Assembly: GCA_013265495.1 (NCBI GenBank)
Contig: MU058636.1
Location: 1,550,001 to 1,614,000, forward strand
Source: Vicugna vicugna
Lineage: Eukaryota
Reading direction: 5' to 3'
DNA: 64,000 nt
The notes under the pieces are model-generated. The model had not been told where the DNA came from. It was given only the letters and a program-made list of their open reading frames with translations, and did not search any database. Made by a program: the position numbers and the translations under genes. Positions 26,374 through 38,915 of this stretch are shown piece after piece. Position 1 is the first letter of the stretch. Each line of letters begins with the position of its first letter.

Positions 26374-27921
26374 CAGACTAGCCATTTAACTGAGCAAACA
26401 TTAGATGAGCGTTAACTTTCTATTTTTTTATAATCAATAGGCACTCTTAGCTGTTTACGTCAAGCACCTCACCTACCTTTTCAAATCATTCCCCTTTTTC
26501 AATGTATCTTTCACAACACAGGCCTAAGACACTTTGGAAATGATTAAATTAGTAGCCCAAGTATTAATAAACACACTTGGAAAATGGAACTTTCAACTGG
26601 ATATAATTACTTAGCTTTTATCAACCTATAAATGAAAGGATAGTTTGCAATTTCCAAGTTTTTACATCATCAACATAAACAGCTTGATAGAACATATCAA
26701 TGGAACTTCAACTACATACTAAATTCTTGTATGCATTTTAGTCAAGAAAATATTCCTAATATAGTTGCGTAATTTTATCTCACTGCTATCAAAATAATTA
26801 ACTGAACTGAGGCTTTGTTCAGTCCCTCTAACATTCCAAAACCAACGTTCGTAAAAGAGTCACAAAAGAACTTTAATCTCCTAAAAAGAACAGTTCTGAG
26901 AGAAATAAGAAAAGCCTAAAATCTTCTCCAATTTCAGCCATACCTAGGCCTGACCCGGACTGGCAGATTCAAAGGTTTGGTGTTAATTTCTAGGCGGTCT
27001 TTGCTATCATGTTCAGATGTGATGCCTGCTGGTGACCAAAAATACACAAGAATCCAAGATTGCATGCATTTTCAGAAGTCTATATATCTATCCTCCCCTT
27101 TTTTCTTAGCTCTTACGTTTTAGACAACGTAGCTTAAGTTTAGGCAATCTCTCTATAAATCTTCATGTTTCTGACATTTTAATAACATCTCATTCTTTCT
27201 CATAAATCTAAATTATTTCTAATGAGTACGCTCATTTTATAACACTGATATTTAGGAACAGAATGAACATGTATACTCATGTGTGTATGAAACTTTTACT
27301 ACCACATAATAGCAGAGAACATGATTCAACCTGTGGAAAGGTCAGCATGGTCTGTTAGAATGGTAAATACGATACTGAAGTTTAAGTCTAGCCATGCCAT
27401 TACTTAGCTCTAAACCTCTGTGACTCAGTTTCCCTGATTCGTAAAGTGAGGGGACAAGATTAGATTCAATTCTATGATTTCACCTCTGAGTATAATGACA
27501 AGCTATTCTATACCAGACCTAAACTACTATTTCTAAATCCAATATACTGTACTATGCACTGTTTTCCATAGCAATCAAGATCACTACAGATTTACACTGC
27601 ACATATGGCTTAACTTTGAAATTTAGAAATCAATTCATTTATTTCGGTCATTATATGTTGATTCTACCTACTTAAGAGAAAAGAGATGTATTTTAACCCT
27701 TCCTAAGGGTATAAATAATTTTAAAGATCAAGTCTTTCATCAAAGTCAAATTATAAAACTGACTAAACAATCAGTTAAATAAATTACTTAACTTAAAAAG
27801 CTTTTATTAGTGGAACAAAAACCCCCACTAAAAGTTTTCAAGTTTCCAACCACTAGTTCTTGTTCAGTCTAGTCCCTGAAAGCAGAATTTTACAAGATCT
27901 TAGCAAATAAAATCAGGAATA

Positions 27922-28226
27922 CAGGCAGACCTCATTTTATTGTACTTCACAGGCACTGCATTTTTTTTTTTAACAAATTGAAGGTTTGTGCAACCCTGTG
28001 TGTTGTCAGATGATGGTTAGCATTTCTTAGCAATAAAGTATTTTTCAATCAAAGTATGTAAATCTTTGGACATAATGCTATTGCACCTTTACTAGACTAC
28101 AGTACGGTGTAAACATAACTTTTATATGCACCAGGAAACCAAAAAAATTCACGGGACTTGCTGTATTGTGATATTTAATATTCGCTTTAATGTGGTGGCC
28201 TGGAACTGAGCCTGCAACATCTGAGG
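27922..28226 (+). mobile_element. Internally deleted Tigger1-like DNA transposon
   Basis: Starts TA|caggcagacctcattttattg (Tigger1 left end) and joins right-end sequence (tcagatgatggttagcattt...cgctttaatgtggtggcctggaac). Confidence 0.75.
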
Positions 28227-28239
28227 AAATGAGGCTCAT

Positions 28240-28730
28240 TTCCATGTTGCAACAATATTATTTTTAACAGCTGTATAATATCCTGATGCACCAACAGTAT
28301 TACTGTATTTTTAATCCTTCCTGTTAACTAATTAGATTGACTCCAGTTTACTGAACTCTGCACAGTGTTGAAGGGAACATCTTTATATACAATTTTTCCT
28401 TCTTCTGGATTATTTCCTTAGGATAAAAAGCTAGATACAGTGATACTGACATTTAAAGTTTCTGAAACAAACTGCCAAACTGCCTTGCAGAAAGAGTCTA
28501 TCATTACATCCTGCTACCCATGTGAGTATAACAACTTCACATTATACCAGCAAAAATTATTAGTAGGTATAAAATGGTACTTCTTGTCTACTTTTATATT
28601 CATGTTTTTGATAAATAACAATGTTAAATACTGTTCCATACAACTTATTTATTGTATCTCCTGTATTCGATTTGTCCATTTAATTATTAATACCTTGGTA
28701 TTTTTTTAAATCAAGTTTTTATTTGTTTGA
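28240..28730 (-). mobile_element. Ancient L1M (L1ME-like) fragment
   Basis: ggattatttccttaggataaa and aactgccaaactgccttgcagaaag resemble reverse L1 motifs. Confidence 0.5.
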
Positions 28731-28777
28731 GCAACCTTTTTATAAAGTTATTAGAGTTACTTTTTTTTTTTGCTTAC

Positions 28778-29184
28778 CTGTTTTTAAGATGCGCCTCCAG
28801 ATCACAGCGTTGCATTACATCTTGGCACACTGAAGAAAACGGACATAAAACCAGTAATTTGTCTAGAAGTTTATGAACTAGAATACTAGACTTCTTACAC
28901 AACTTAAAGTGAAGTCTTTTCCGGTCCAATGGACAGAAATCTTTCTCCTGTAAGAAGTTTCTGAGGCACTTGCAGCAGAATGTGTGTCCGCAGGGGGTGT
29001 CTATCGGCTGCAGCAGAGGCTGAAGGCAAATATGGCAGACCAGGTCATCATCCACCTCATCCTGGTAGTTGTACAAGTGGTTTTCTCTTGTCCAGTGCTG
29101 TTGGCCACATTCAAAACACAGAGGATTGAAAGAGGAAGAGGAAGTCTGTTCCACAGACACCATCTCATCACTTGTCGTTCCCAT
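28778..29184 (-). CDS. LNX2: LNX2 first coding exon (exon 2): N-terminal Zn finger and RING domain (MGTTSDEMV...[24 protein letters not shown]...CPLD...HLKNR)
   Basis: The ORF 28774..29184 translates to the recognisable LNX2 N-terminus. The ATG is in a strong Kozak context (AGAATGG). Donor AG|GTAAGC follows 28778. 407 coding nt. Confidence 0.97.
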
Positions 29185-29294
29185 TCTGAATCAACCGAAG
29201 CAGTCTCTGTATCTTCGTAAGTCAGACTTCCACTAAAGGTTTGGTTTCCTTTAAAAGACAGTGATGTATCTGGCTAAAACCAAGGTCTGTTTTC
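29185..29294 (-). other. LNX2: LNX2 5' UTR part of exon 2
   Basis: Pyrimidine-rich acceptor (ttgttttgttttgtgttgtctAG|GAAAAC) at 29296-29295 on the minus strand. No upstream ATG lies between the acceptor and the start codon. Confidence 0.7.
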
Positions 29295-30052
29295 CTAGAC
29301 AACACAAAACAAAACAACCAGAAAAGTAGTATCAATCAAGACAGGCTAAAAGAATCAACATAATATTACTAGTTAACTTCTTGTTTTAGTAAAAGATTAA
29401 AATTTAGATCAGGCAATAAATTAGTCATAAAAACATAAAATGAAATCAACTAATTCCCTTACTGGCTAAGAAAAATGACTTAGATTGCCAAGTTCTCAGT
29501 GAAAAAAGAATTTAGGATTAAAAGCAAAGATGCCATATTAATATATGATGTGACATAAGAAACAATTTGTTCTACTGACTGAAATCCCCCAATGTCACTG
29601 CTCAATGGTGGTTTTAATGCCAGTTAATCTTCATAGTACGTTAATAATGCAATCTGAGGTATATTGTGTAATACATTTGCACTTGCCATCCCACTCATGG
29701 TTCCCTGCTTCTGACTGATTTTATATATTTACAGTGTTATCTCAAAGATGTTGTCTTTGAAATGTAGTCTTAAGGATAATTCAGTGTCTGTCTAAAAAAA
29801 CTGAACTTTGCTCTACACTGGGAAAAAATTTGAATATTCTCTCTCTATATAATGTGGATGGTAGAGAGATAAACCTGAAGAGCATATAAAATTAACATCT
29901 GTGCCAGCTCCACAAACTTCAATACTATTTTATGCCATTAAGAGAAACAACCTGCTATAATTCAATTAAACAGATAAGACATGTTATAAAATGTTAATCC
30001 CACCTTGTATTATTCCACATTCCCATTGGTTCTTGCTTCCTGAGAGCAGCAC

Positions 30053-30083
<31 letters not shown>

Positions 30084-30109
30084 GCGCACGCGCGCGTGCG
30101 TGCACACGC
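30053..30109. repeat. (TG)n/(CG)n compound microsatellite
   Basis: 57 bp of uninterrupted purine-pyrimidine alternation. Confidence 0.9.
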
Positions 30110-31519
30110 CTCCTCTATGCCAGCAGCCTGCCTCAGTTCAGCACACGGCCAGCAAGGAATGCTCCCCTCACATACGGGTTTCCACACCTCCCGCTGCCGT
30201 AGCACCAGAGTTTAAAATCACCTCCAAAGGCAGCAGCTATGTTCGTTCTGAATATTTACAGAACGTTATGTGCCAAACACGGAACAAAGAGGGAGGAGGG
30301 GTAGGGAGAAGACAGTTAGGAAAGCCAATTATGAAAATTCAATGGACTAAGTAGTGTCAGATTCTAAGAAAGCCGTGCACAGGATGCTGAATGAATGCAG
30401 AGAAGGCGGAGGAGAACTGGCATCTGATTCAGTTTGACTCTGCGGACAGAAATACTTTCAAAAGGGGAAACAACATAGATGCTGGGCTTTGACAGGAAGC
30501 AGTGGCCAGAGAGGAAAACGGACCAGGGCGCCTCGGCCAAGACCCAGAGCCTGAGCAAGCCCTGCACACTCGGGAATGCGGGCAGATAAAACGTCTGAGG
30601 CAAGAAAATGGACTCAGGGCAGGCGACTTAAGACCCAGCCTCCTGCACAAGGTCAGAAAGAGCAGGACGCAGTGTTACCACCACTAGCATTTATTTCACT
30701 GATGAAACTCTCTTCCCATCACATATGTGTATTTGCTACTTTATTTACATAGAGTATGTATCAGAAAAACAGTATTAGCATTTCACCAGATTTAACAAGA
30801 ACTGCTATGAATGCTGAGGGGTGGGACAAGACTCGCACAGGATGGCTGCCCTTAGATGAACTGCGTATTTAAAAAAAAAACTTAATAATAATAGCAGCCT
30901 GTGATGTAAACTATCAGTACAACATTAAGTGAGCAAACACTTCTTGTGCTTTATAACTCATGGGGCTTACTCTTCACGTTCTGAGCATCATAATTTTTTA
31001 AAAATTAGTTCAAGGCATGTGAGATTATGGAGAGAAACATCATTTACCTCAGGCAGACAGATGGCTTCAGCCCAGGTATTTTCATAGAGAATGTCCACAG
31101 ACTTGTTACCTGCTCAGCAAGAAAATCCATCTATCCTTTGTACTTCTTTGTGATAAGATTTATTCTAATTTTTTTCCCTCAAGAAAATATTCTACAATCC
31201 TGGCCTCCCACATAATGACTAAGGAAGCATTTCTCCTAAGACTATCATATTTTAGCTATTTTCTAAATCTCTAAATAACTTAGTTCTTTGATTATTTTCA
31301 TTTTATCACAAAATCTTTTCATGAGGAAAAATAACATGTTCCCATTGAAAAATACCAAATAACAACTGCATTATCAACTGCCCTGAAATGCCCCTGGGTT
31401 AACAAACGTTAAATGAAAATTTATCACAGGCAGATCACTAACATGTGCACAGAAATACTGACTGAGGAATTTCAACGCCATGTGGCCTGCGCAGTTACGA
31501 GCACGCACCCTGGCCAGTC

Positions 31520-31720
31520 TGTGAGCATTAGGGCCCTGGTTCAGTCATCTGCTAGCTCTGGGACCGCACTGCATTCCTCCAGGGCTGTCTCCTCCTCATA
31601 TATAGAACAGGGCGAGTCACAGGGCCTACCTCAAAGGGGTGATCTGAGAATATAAATATAAGCTTAAAACTGCCTGGCATACAGCAGGTGCTGTGTAAGT
31701 GTTAGCCATTGTTACTGTTA
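31520..31720 (+). mobile_element. MIR SINE
   Basis: MIR 3' part cctacctcaaaggggtgatctgagaa...tgcctggcatacagcaggtgct. Confidence 0.55.
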
Positions 31721-33369
31721 CTAACGATAAACAAACATTCAGACAGATTTTATGATCTGCCTAAAGCCATACGACTTATAATTACTCAATAAGACAGGAG
31801 GAAGATAAGTCCAGTTCTTTCTTATTTCAGAATAACCCAACAGTAAATGAAGTAATTATAGGAAAGAGGAAGGGCATTTCAGGAAAGCCTCAGTGCATGA
31901 ATTCGGTAAGGATAAAGGCCGCCTGGGCCAAATTTTCTAATCCCCAAGCCCACCCCTCTGCTCCCAGCCCACTTTGCGAGCATGTCCTCTACAACAACTC
32001 ACACCACTTTTCACACTGGGGTCCTTCACTCAGCAACAAGCTCTCTAAGAGGGGGACCTCCCACAGGGGAGAAACTCAACAATGCTGAATGACCGACTGG
32101 TGACAAGACGCTTGTTCACTCTTACTCAGTTAGGTGGCCAGGAACACCTTTACACACCCAGGAGGCGATACCCATCTTTAATTCTGATGTCAGAGATTCT
32201 ATTAGCACAATTTGAAATATTAAAATACAAGTTGAGTAAATAATAGTCAAATTTTTCCAAAATACAAGATAAAATGTAGCATAATATGTAGTTTTACAAA
32301 CTACATTATCAAGTGTAGCTTAATATTCCAGGAATAGTAAACAGATGAAGCTATTAAATTGGCTGGGAAAATTACAACACATTTTAAATAATATCTTGAA
32401 AAACAGCCAGTGCAATGGAGAGGGAGTTACAACATGACACTGCTTACTGCCTAACTCCAGTTATGATGAACCAGCTTGCTCTTCCTGGTTTGTGAGACAA
32501 GAATATCCTGCTACATCATAAGGACTCTCAGGAGTGACAGTTTTTCAGTTAATTTGCACACTCCCAAATATGTTATTCAAATCATTTCTCTTAATTGTAC
32601 TTTTGATTCAGGCTGAAAGAGTCCTCACTGGCCCTAACCTAGAAGATCCAGCCCAGGATAAAAGATGATGAGCTAAGGGTTATCACTGAAGTACGGTTAG
32701 ATGGGAAACAGCTCTGGTTCCTTCTCATCGATTCAAGTTTGAGGACACCTCTCCTCACGCGCCCTGGCAAAATCCTGCTCATGCCCTAGGTGTTAGCTCC
32801 ACCGCCACCTCCTCGGTCAGATCCCATCAGCTGCCCTCCTGCTCGTGGGACAGCCCTCTTCCCGTCTTGTCCGTCCCTGCTTTTCACACATATCTTCACC
32901 TCAGCAATTACTACATCTGTGTGCTTGGACATATGTCTTTTCACTCCTTGAGGGTAGAGAGTCTTCTTTTATCTCTTGTATTCCCAGGTCTTGGCACATA
33001 TTATGCAATAAAAAAAAATTTGTTCTCAGGCTCATATGGGAGCCTGAAATGTGTAAGAGTCCTGAGATGTATTATGTAACTATGTAAATATGTGAGAATA
33101 CCTTGCGCATTAATTTTCCGCACTGCAAAGGGATCAACACACTGGACCCTGCCTTACAATTACAAACAAATGAGGAGTAAGAAAACATTTTCTTTAATCT
33201 TCCAAAGTCTGGGGAAAGTTTCTTTTTTTTGCTTGATGATATCAACACAAGCAAGTTTTCCTACTGTGTGTATCACTTACCAGCTTTCATAGCTGCCTCT
33301 GTATAAAGTAGTGGTTGTCAATCTCCTACAACAAGGACCCCCTGACCCACCCTGGACAAGTCTGGCTGT

Positions 33370-33705
33370 CTTTTAAAAAACTAACATGCAACTACCATAC
33401 CATAGAGTCTAGCAACTGCACTCCTGGGCTCTTATCCCAGAGAAATAAAACTTAATGTTTGCACAAAAACTGGCTCAGCTTTATTTGTAATGGCCCCAAA
33501 CCAGAAACAACCCAGATGTCCCTCAGCAGGTGAATGCTTAAACAAACTATGGTACATCCACACCATACCACACGGCTCAGCAATAAAAAAGAATGAACTA
33601 CTGATAAACACAACAGCCGAGGTGAACCTCAGAGAATTATGCTGAGACAGTCATCCCTAGAAGGTTATACTATATTATTCCATGTATATAACACTCTTGA
33701 AGTGA
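33370..33705 (+). mobile_element. L1MC-like ORF2 end and 3' UTR fragment
   Basis: gcactcctgggctcttatcccagagaaataaaac...gaaacaacccagatgtcc...aacaaactatggtacatcc. Confidence 0.75.
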
Positions 33706-33729
33706 TGATGCAATTAAGTTAATTAAAGT

Positions 33730-34055
33730 GTTTATCCATTGGCTAATAAAATAATAAACCCATTACATGTTAAAACTTTTATGAAAATTTTTCTTCAAAA
33801 TAAAAAAATACAGTGAGGAGAAAGGCACTGTTTATGTAAAATGTGTTTTGTAAATCTGGAGTCTCAAATCTTTTCTGCTTTCAATCTGTTGTGAGATCAC
33901 ATGACAAGTTTCCTCTGGAAAACTCTACTGGACACTCATGAGAGGAGGAGCGTGAAAAAGGCAGGTAACGTCTAGTGGTACTGGGAAAACAGTTTGACCT
34001 TGTGGATCCAATGAAAGAACAGAGGGTCCTGGGTCCCACTTGGACAACAAGTGAT
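33730..34055. mobile_element. hAT-Charlie1-like DNA transposon end fragment
   Basis: ctctggaaaactctactggacactcatgagagg...gaaaaaggca...gaaaacagtttgaccttgtgga resembles the recalled Charlie1 terminal region. Confidence 0.55.
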
Positions 34056-37000
34056 GCAGAGTGCTGAAGGGTCCGGACACCCCTCTTTCATAAGAAGTAC
34101 CAATCACTAACCAACACTACTTTTTAAAAAGACAAAAACTGAAAAAAGCAAAATGCTGAGGTGAGGAGGTGAGCCTGTACCGGAGGAGTCTGCCTTTCCT
34201 GGAATGAAGTTCTTTCCCTAGAGCCTGTTCCCACGGGAGGAAGCCTATCCGGATATTTGGCTGTACAGAAATATTCAGTATATTATATAAGACCCTTACA
34301 TAAATTCTATTCTTAATCAGAACTTATTTCCTACTGCAGGTCATGAGGAAAACAACCAAGTTATCAGTTTCCAACAATTCCACATTTATAACTTATAATT
34401 CTCTCACTGTCTACAGACAGTAAGCTGTAATTCAGCACACTTAGCTCTGTCTCCTATCCTTTTCTAACAAGTACAAATATTTGAAAAACCATTTAAAAAT
34501 TCTTAAGATGCTACTTGTAGCTAGATGTACCGTATTTAGTAATCTAGAAAATTAGTAAGCTGAGCAAAAAAATGCTAGAAGCTATGAAACTTGGGCTCCG
34601 AGCTTCATGCCAGCTGGGTAACTAGGTCACTACACAATTCATTTTCATTCACCGCACGTTTATCCAGTGTCTACTAGGTGCTGGGACTGCAGAGACATTC
34701 TGGTGCCTTGGCTTCCTGTCTACACACTATCAGCTCTGCTTAAATAGCAACTGACTCCACATGCAAACACACAAACACATGAAATTTAAATCTAGCTCCA
34801 AATTCTCATGATTTTATCTTTTCACACACAATAAAATATTTACTGATACAGCATATTTACCTTTCAGTCCTGACATGTTACTGTTTTTTGATAACTTTAA
34901 TAATCTCCCAAATACTTTATAAAATGGACGTTAAATTGTGGCTGGCAGAGAATTTATAAATTTCAAATGTCCTTCTACCTTTAGTTCTTCTAATTTTGAA
35001 CCACTCAGCTATGATGAAAACTTTTTAATGCAAAAACCAAACTGGATTATCTGCCCAATTCCTGCAGGCTCAGAGTTATACTAGAGTTATACTTCTAAAA
35101 ATTACACTGAATTATGTTATCTTAGAGTGATTTAAAAGCAGAATTGATATAAAACTTTCAAAAAGGAAATACACCAGAGAAATGCTAAACATTTCTATAC
35201 AGCTAAATACCCAGACATACCTCTGCCAATAAGAAAAGACCTCTGTGGAAAGAACTTTCTTCCAGAAAGACACCCTCCCCCTGCACGTGACCTAGTCTCA
35301 GCAGTGCTCCTCAGCAGCCGCCTGAGTCTTAATGTCGCAAATTCTTAAGAGTCGCAAAATACATAAGCGATGCGAGGTGGGTTGTGAGGGGAAGCCCAGT
35401 TTTCTTTGGTTTGGTTTTACTGCACGTGATGTTTACCGGCTGGACGTCATTTAAATACTTCTCTATATGACATTCAAAGGCAGGGGTTCTGATTTTAATA
35501 AGTTAACTAATCTATTTTCTTCTAACGGATGGAAGCTTTCAAACATTTAACTTCTCACACTGTAAATTTAGAAAACACTTGTTTTCAAGTGATTGATAAC
35601 ATTTCGAGGTCTTTTCCATCTCTAATTTCTGTAACTGTGGATCAGAATTCCTCCACTAACTCTCAATTATCCAAGGAAGTAAAGGACATCAAAAAGAGCG
35701 CTGGTTGTGGATTCAAAATGCCGCTCTGCCACGCACTCACCAGCAACGTGGCCCCGTAACGCGGCACAGCAACTAAACACCTATAAATCTCAACTTCCTC
35801 AGGTAAAACAGAAACGGTACCTTGCTTATGACACAGGATTAGTAAGCTAAAAATGTTACACTGCCAGAAAAACCTCTTACAAACCACAAAGCATTATAAC
35901 ACAAACTTGGAGCAGATCAGCGGCTGTAGAGGACGGTGCAGATAAGAACAGACGGCTGGACGGCTGGGCGGCCTGAGCCCCTTCCACTAGACTGGGCACC
36001 GGAGGCCGGGGTCTGACTCTCGGCTCTGGGACTGACAACCAGGCCCCACAGCTCAGCACTTCACCTGTCTAGACTTCCTCTCTCTTTACCTATAGACTAG
36101 TGGGCAAACCAGATAATTTCTAAAGTTACTTATAGATCCCCAATTCCATGATTCTAGAAATGTGCTCTGAGCATACATTCCATCCCCCACAAAAACAGAA
36201 CAAATTTTTTCCTCTACTATTATCCAGCACTGCGTTTACTATAAAAATGATCTAAATCCAAAGCTTACCAGGAAGGAGTTTTTGTGTGTTTCTTTTTTGT
36301 TTTTGTTTGTTTGATCTTCACAGTACTGGACACTCTAAAAAAAATTGCTATTTTTGCAGACAAGTGTATGTACAAGAGAGTAGTGCTAGATATGTAATTG
36401 AATATCTCTAGTTTTATTATGGTAGTACAACAAAGGATACTACAATATTGTGAGACAAAAATAACTTTCTTTATTGGTTCCCAGAGAAACTGCTATTTAG
36501 GGGATGCTGCTACATCTATTTGAAGGACTAACATGACTGGTTTGCCTGTTTTATTTTTTAAGGCACGCATAGGTAACTGTCGCAGTATAAATAGACGGTT
36601 TTAGATGGCAGATTTTGCTCCAGAGTTAATCATATTTTTCAATAAAAACACATCTAAAGCTACAGAGAAAGAACAAACTTTTCAGTCTTACTTCCCTCAA
36701 CTGCAAAGAAATCAGCAGGACATTGCTTCCCTGTGATCAAACCCACACGATAAAATTAATGAAGTGGAATTAAACCACAGTCAAGACAGGCTTTATGGTG
36801 GTGGTATTACTAATAATTAAGATTCCCAGACTTCATTATCTTAACTATGGGCAAGATACAAGAAATGTAAATGCTGCAGCTTTCCAAACTAATCAGGGAG
36901 ACCAATAATTAAAAGAATATATATTATTTAAGATGCTGAATTTGTTCCAGTTATAACTTTATATATAAATGATCAGATCAACAATAACTTTGGAACAGAC

Positions 37001-37569
37001 TCAAAGGACCATCCCTGAGTGGCCAGATCTTCCTTCTCAAAACCAGCCTAATAGGCAGCAATGTAAAGGGGCAGGGACCAGAGCCTTGCTAGCCTTTGTA
37101 ATTATCCAGAATGATTCCCATGTGTTGCCAGAGGTCCTTCTAATTCATTAAAATGAGTTCTTTGAGTTATATATAGTTCTAACAGTGAGAAAAATTAAAA
37201 GAGAAAGCCTCATGTATTAAAATTCATTATCTAGATTCAGATATACCACAGATAAAACCCTTCAAAATATAAATGTCTAATGTTACATGATTGAAAATAT
37301 TTGTACTACAAAGCCAGAAATACAAAGGGGCTGAACTAGGTTAAACCATTACATGATCAATAATGCACCCCAAATTATATTAGTCTCCCATGTTTCAGAA
37401 ACTGAGCCAAACAAAATTTCAGGTTTTACATGTTACGTAGTTACTACCTGGTTTTTGGCATCTCCACTAGGAAACTTTTACAAACAAAATATATTCAAGA
37501 GCAAACTAACTACTCCTCTCCCTAACCTTCAAACCTGGCCTACTTTTCAATCTTTTATCCTCCCCACTT

Positions 37570-38915
37570 TCCATCCATCCGTCCGTCCTCCACCTGTCCA
37601 TCCAGGAGTTATTGAGAATCTCCTCTGTGCCAGGCACTGTTCTAGGGCTTGGAGTTCAGCCTGAACAAAAACAAAAATCCCTGCCCTCGTGAAGCTTACA
37701 TTCTGGAGACAGGGATGGAAAATACACACAAGAAATAAAATACTGAAAGAAGGATGGCTTTTTAAATAGGGCGATCAGGGAATAACTCACTATGAAGGTA
37801 GCACTTGAGTTGAAACCAAAGGGAAGTAACTAGACAGCCACACAGGTATCCAGTATAAAAATGTTTGTTACAGACAGATCAAATAGTAAGTATAAAGGCC
37901 TGGAGGGGACAATGCGCTTGGTGTGTTCAATGAATAGCAAGGAGGCCCGTGTGGATGAAATGAACGAAGCAGAGAGAAGAACACGGATCAGAACGGCACC
38001 TGGGGCTAACTAACCCTTACAGAACTCTGGCCTTTACTCTGAGTAAGACTAACAGGATCACTCTGGCTGCTGCCCTGAGAATAATCTGAAGGGGCCAAAG
38101 GCAGAAGCAATCAGGAACCTGCTGAAATATTCCAAGCAAGAGATGACGGTAGGTTAATCCAGGGTGGACACAGCTGAAATAGTGAGAAGTGACTCAACTG
38201 TGGATATATTTTGACGGTAGACTGATACGATTTGCTAATGAATAAAACGTACGCATGGGCTGATGGTAGAGGGGGGAGTTAGGGATGACCAAGGTTTCTG
38301 GTCTGAACTGGAAAGACGGATTCATATATCTGAGATGGGAAAGTCTGTAAGAGAGCAGGTTTAATGGGTATCGCCAAGTTCAAATATGTTACATTTGAAA
38401 TGTCCATTAGACCTCCAAGCAGGGACATGGAATAGGCAATTAAATATAAAAGTCCAGTTCACAGGAGAGAACTGGGCTGGTGATATAAGTTTAGGAAGCA
38501 CTTGTGTATAGATGGTATAGAATGAGATTAGGAAAGACCACCAAAGGAGAGCAGATGAGTGTAAGTAAAAGACAAGGGGTCTGAGGACAGGCCTTGGGGC
38601 ATTTTCAACATTATGAGTTCTGGCAGATGAGGAGGAACCAAACTGAGCAGGAGTGGCCACTGTGGAAGAAAATCAGGAGGGTGTGATGTGGAGAAACCAA
38701 ATACAGAAAGTATCTCAACGAGGAGGGAATGGTTAGCTGTGTTGAATCTGGCAGGCAAGTAAAGTAAGATTAGGTCTGAGAATCCAGCATTGGATTTAGC
38801 AACACGGCAGTGACCTTGATACAGAGTTTTGGTGGAACAGTAAGATCAAAAGCTTCCTGGAAAGAGTTCAAGAGAGAACAGGAAGAGAGGAATTAGAGCA
38901 GACACAATTCTTTTG
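37570..38915 (-). mobile_element. L2 LINE 3' portion (~1.3 kb)
   Basis: ttattgagaatctcctctgtgccaggcactgttctagg...tccctgccctcgtgaagcttacattct (reverse L2 3' end), followed by colinear L2 body motifs. Confidence 0.8.

Noticed and set aside
35072..35093. 11-bp tandem duplication (agagttatact x2)
   Set aside because: An ordinary slippage-type duplication with no further structure.
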